Positions 59,625 to 64,000 of a DNA stretch of 64,000 nucleotides are shown here, one piece after another; within the stretch, counting starts at the first letter, position 1, and each line of letters begins with the position of its first letter. The position numbers were made by a program, and so were the translations under genes. Below the pieces are notes generated by a model. That model saw only the letters and a program-made list of their open reading frames with translations. It was not told the DNA's origin and did no database searches. Source of the DNA: Phyllobates terribilis. Its lineage: Eukaryota. The stretch spans positions 124,372,001-124,436,000 of the forward strand of contig NW_027362764.1 of the NCBI RefSeq assembly GCF_046119375.1. The letters run 5' to 3'.

Positions 59625-60531
59625 TAACTGAACTCAGAATATTTATTATGCCATAATACAACTGTGTAAATATTTATTGCTGAAAAATAAATGATCTTTT
59701 TTCTTGTATACTGTTTGGTTAAGGAAGAGATGAATTTATGACCCGCTTTTAAATCTACATTAAGTAATGATAGAACATTAAAAGGTAATACTCATTTCAT
59801 TACTTTTTTTTAAGAAAATGCATAATTTTGCAAGATTTTCCAATGACATGTATAATTGCATGAAAGCTTATTTCCTGAAGAAGCACCGTCATTACTACCT
59901 TCTCTAGTTTCAGAGCAGCAATGTAGCAGTACTGCCACACTTAATTATGATTTTTTTCTAATTTACAAAGCTAATGAATGATGACAAGAAGACAGGATTA
60001 AGATACTGTGGAATCCTAAAGTGCTTTAGACAAAGAGGTTGAGGTCATTTTGACCAGATGGCCTAAACAATAACCTGACTGTAGTCATATAATTACCCAT
60101 TAATGTAGGGTCTATTCCTGGTTTGGATTTTCTATCCAGATCCCATTTCCTATTACTAATTTGCTAGTTCCTTTTATTATTTGTGCTTTGTGGTCATCAA
60201 TATTTCTATTGGCATTGCTTTATATATATATCGTTTCTGAAAGGGTCTGTCCACTTTTCCAGAGGTAGCTAACCCTAAGATTATGCACTATTCACATATT
60301 GACTTCATGTATATATTCCTAAAGATTGAATGCTAATTAAGTAAAATTATTTTCACTATGTGGATGTGGAATAAATGGGCTCAGCGCATCTAGACAGATA
60401 TGCCTTAAAAATGTAACAATTTTAGATTCTTAGGTATAATAAATTTATAAAATTAATTAACAATCTTCACATCCATGGAAGGCTTTTGTGTGGCATTGAT
60501 TTCTACTTGCAAAGGCGGGTATTTATGTTAA

Positions 60532-61016
60532 AGGGGATATCCGGGACTTTGTAAAAAAAAAAAAATGTGCCTAAGCACTATCAGGAAGGTAGTTGCTACC
60601 TACCTGCCTGTTGTGTCCGGCACCGTTCTTCGCCGGCACAGAGTGGTCACAGACCGCTCCTGCCAGCGATTCATGTTGATGAATGTCATGTCGACGGCTT
60701 CTTTTTCGCTCTGCTCTGTTGACAAGGCAGGATTGCTGACGTCATTCTGATTGACAGCCGTATCCCCACTGCCTAACTGGGAGAGCTAGCTGTCAATCAA
60801 AATGACGTTAGAAGTCACGCCCCATCGACAAAGCAGAGCGGAAAAGAAGCTGCCACTCTGTCAACGTGACATCAGCAGAGGCAGCTGAATCGCTGGCAGG
60901 AGCGGTCTGTGACCACCAAAGAACAGTGCTGGACACAACAGGAAGGTAGGTAGCAACTACCTGTCTGTTAGTGCTTAGGCACATTTTTGTTTTTTACAAA
61001 GTTCCGATTATACCCT
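60532..61016. mobile_element. TTAA-flanked MITE (T2/Kolobok-like)
   Basis: AGGGGATATCCGGGACTTTGTAAAAA / TTTTTACAAAGTTCCGATTATACCCT plus long internal inverted arms; TTAA flanks. Confidence 0.75.
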
Positions 61017-61661
61017 TTAAGTGGATTACACATTTCTTTTTACATAGAGTTAATCACCAACATATCTATACAAGGGCATTTATATCATAAACCAACCATA
61101 TATCTGCAACAGGAACTTTATATAGGGGTGACACGGTCCTACTGAGTGATGAGAGCATGTTAGCAACACCAAAACTTGGTAATGTAATTACAGACTTATT
61201 TTAATTGTTGAATTAGAGCCTACTATTTCCAATGCATGTTACTGACTATATTGAACATGTAAAGAAGCAAAAAGAAAAAAATATTGTATTTAATTAATTC
61301 ATAAAAGAGATTTTAATTAATGTTTCATTGAATAGTTAGAAGGAAAAAAAAGTTTTCTTAAAGGGAATCTGGCGGCAGATACATGCTGTATCAGTCATTG
61401 GTTTGTATGCTGCGGCGTTTCCTAGAAAAACATACTCTAACCTAGAGGTCTCAAACATGCGGCCCTCAGGCCGCATGCAGCTCCTGAGGCTGCTTTATGC
61501 GGCCTGCAGGCATAGACCCCTTGACGATCACAACTTGGTCCAGGAGGAGCCGCCGACAGCAGCGCTGCATTGCCGCACAGAGACCGTCTCCCGGCCAATC
61601 AGAGGCCAGCAGCTGATATCTGCGTCCCAGCTCAGCAGCGTATGACGTCACTGCATACGCT

Positions 61662-64000
61662 TTGGCAGAAAATGTGATTCATAGAGTAAAAAAAGCACAG
61701 AATACAATGGACCTAAAAAAAGTCAAGGTAGGCTGGGACCCAACCATCATCCCTGCAAACCAAATGGTGGGGGTGAGGTGTAGAGTCCTGTTAGAACCGG
61801 GAAGAAAAGTCCAGAAAAGATTGTTCATGCCAAAAGACTCCTCAGAACTTCCGGAAGGCCTAGTTCAAGGTGAGACTGTGCTTAGAATTCCTACTGGTGG
61901 ATTTGCTCGAGTGACAATACGGGTGATGAATACTACGAAATTAGACTGGATCCAAAGACTGTGTTAGGTCACATTGAAACCGTCAAAACGGTATATCCAG
62001 CCAGTGTGAGACACGCCCAGGAGTCTACCGTGAATTCAATCTCCCCACCAAGGAACATGAGATGCCCAGGGGAGGAAATTGCACCACCCACCTCAGGGTC
62101 CTGGGATCTCCCAGTATCCCTGGAACACTTGTGTGCTGAAGATATAGCGATAGCAAAACAGATGCTGAGAGAAGAGTGTTATGCATTCTCTAAAGATAAC
62201 TCTGATATAGGCTGTATCCCGTCGTTGCAATTGAAAATCAATTTTAAAGACATGACCCCAGTAACCAGAAGTTACATGTCTGTGCCAAAACCAATACACT
62301 GTGAGGTGAAAGAATATTTACAAGATCTCATCAACAGAGGTTGGATCAAAAAGTCGAAGTCGTCTTATTCCTCTGCTATTGTCTGTGTTAAGAAGAAGGA
62401 CGGTACATTGAGACTCTGTTGTGATTATTGGGATCTAAACTGAAAGTCAGTACCTGATCGACACCGGATACCAAAGATCCAAGATATGCTGGATAGCCTA
62501 TCAGGAAGCACATGGTTCTCTGTCCTCGATCAGGGTAAGGCATACCGCCAAGGGTTTGTCGAAGAGTCCAGTAGACCCTTGACAGCATTCATCACACCGT
62601 GGGGATTATATGAGTGGATCCGCATACCTTTTGGGTTCAGTTCAGCTCCAGCAGAATTTCAGAGGAGCATGAAGACATGTTTAGAAGGATTGAGGGACGA
62701 TATCTGCCAGCTGTACTTGGATGACAATGTGGTACACAGCAAAATTTTCCAGGAGCATGTTGAACACGTGAGGACCATATTACAACGGTATCAACAACAC
62801 GGAGTTAGGTTGACCCCAAAGAAGTTTGAACTGTTCAAAAGGCAAGTCCAATTTCTAGGAAAAATTGTGTCCGGAGAAGGATATACCATGGACCCAGTAG
62901 AAATCGCTCTGGTACTGGCCTTAAAAGACAAGCGGCTCTCTACCGTCGGGGAGTTGAGGCAGATATTAGGATTCCTCTCCTGCTATCATACTTACATTCG
63001 GAACATCTCCAAGATTGCTGCCCCACTATACCTTCTCTTGGAGGGGGGGGGCAGAGACAACAACACACACGGAGAAAAAGAAGAACACGGGTAGGACCGG
63101 GCTTAAAAGAAACAACGCCGTTTCGTCCCAACAGCCCATTCTCTAGACAGCAGACCACAAGGAGGTATTGGAAGAACTAGTAGACTATCTGGTAAAACCA
63201 CCCATCTTGGGATATCCTGATTTCAATTTACCATTTTTTCTTCATTGTGATGCTTCTCAAGTTGGATTGGGAGCTGCCCTGTATCAGCATCAAGATGGAA
63301 AATTGAGAGTCATGTTTTACGGTTGTAGAACATTGACAGATGCAGAGAAGAATTACCATCTACATTCCAGAAAATTGGAGTTCCTGGCATTGAAATGTGC
63401 TATCTGTGAACGATTTAGAGATTATCTCTACTACAGCAAAGAGTTTGAGGTATACACTGACATCAACCCTTTGACCTATGTCCTTACTACAGCCAAACTG
63501 AATGCAACGGGTCAGAGATGGGTAGCTGGACTAGCTGACTTCAATTTCAGCATCAAGTACAGGCCAGGAAAATGCAATGTGGATGCTGACGGATTGTCGA
63601 GAATGCCACTAGAGCCTGAGGAGTTCATGCAAGAATGCTCAGAAGAAGTCAGTCTGGAAGTAATTGACAGCACTACTCAAGCAGTACAAGCTTTTCAGGA
63701 GGAAGACAAACCATTGTGGTGTCCATTGACGGTGGAAACCACCATAAAAGCGTGGGAACAAGATCACCCCCTGTCTATTCAACAACTACTAAAAGGGAAA
63801 ATCCTTAGAGCACAACAGGAAGATCAGATAATTGGTAGAATACTACTTTATGTAGACCAAAATCGGTTTCCAAGTAAATGGGAGAGACAATGAGTCACCA
63901 GCAGTATCTGTTTTAATTAAAGAATGGACGAAGCTCTACCTCAATGAAGACAGTATCCGGTATCGTAAAGGAGGACAAAATCGGCAGTCGGTACTACCCA
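61662..64000 (+). pseudogene. Degenerate Ty3/Gypsy pol fragment (RT, RNase H, start of integrase), continuing beyond the window
   Basis: KKDGTLRLCCDY, SVLDQGKAY, IPFGFSSAPAEFQ, LYLDDNVV, LHCDASQVGLGAAL, KYRPGKCNVDADGLSR; several stops and frameshifts. Confidence 0.92.

Noticed and set aside
59868-59895. CTGAAGAAGC motif resembling a Penelope-associated hammerhead core
   Set aside because: There is no downstream GAAAC or pairing stems.

Overview
This is eukaryotic, vertebrate-type DNA, most likely an anuran amphibian (inferred from the TE families present). The window is almost entirely nested transposable elements and tandem repeats. From left to right: (1) A 13.1-kb hAT transposon (1304-14383, 8-bp TSD CTCTGCAC) with an uninterrupted 1162-aa transposase ORF. 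It carries a 108-bp satellite array, a DD37E Tc1 remnant, an L1 fragment with a solo LTR, and a captured ~270-bp 18S rRNA fragment. It is inserted into the LTR of a second copy of the same composite element. (2) L2 and Tc1 relics and a 3.2-kb CTGATGAA minisatellite. (3) A full-length Copia element (30961-41851) containing a young chromodomain Gypsy element with a self-priming signature and a CR1 fragment fused in frame to gag. (4) Solo LTRs and MITEs. (5) The top finding: a 4.5-kb non-autonomous LTR element (49484-53959) with TTAA TSD and a perfect tRNA-Ser PBS. It has no recognisable gag/pol and instead encodes a degenerate ~489-aa protein ending in a Y-box-like cold-shock domain. (6) A 74-bp tandem array and a degenerate Gypsy pol running off the right edge. 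A few candidate host exons and a CpG/E-box promoter-like region are visible, but no host gene could be named. All identities and copy numbers are visual estimates.
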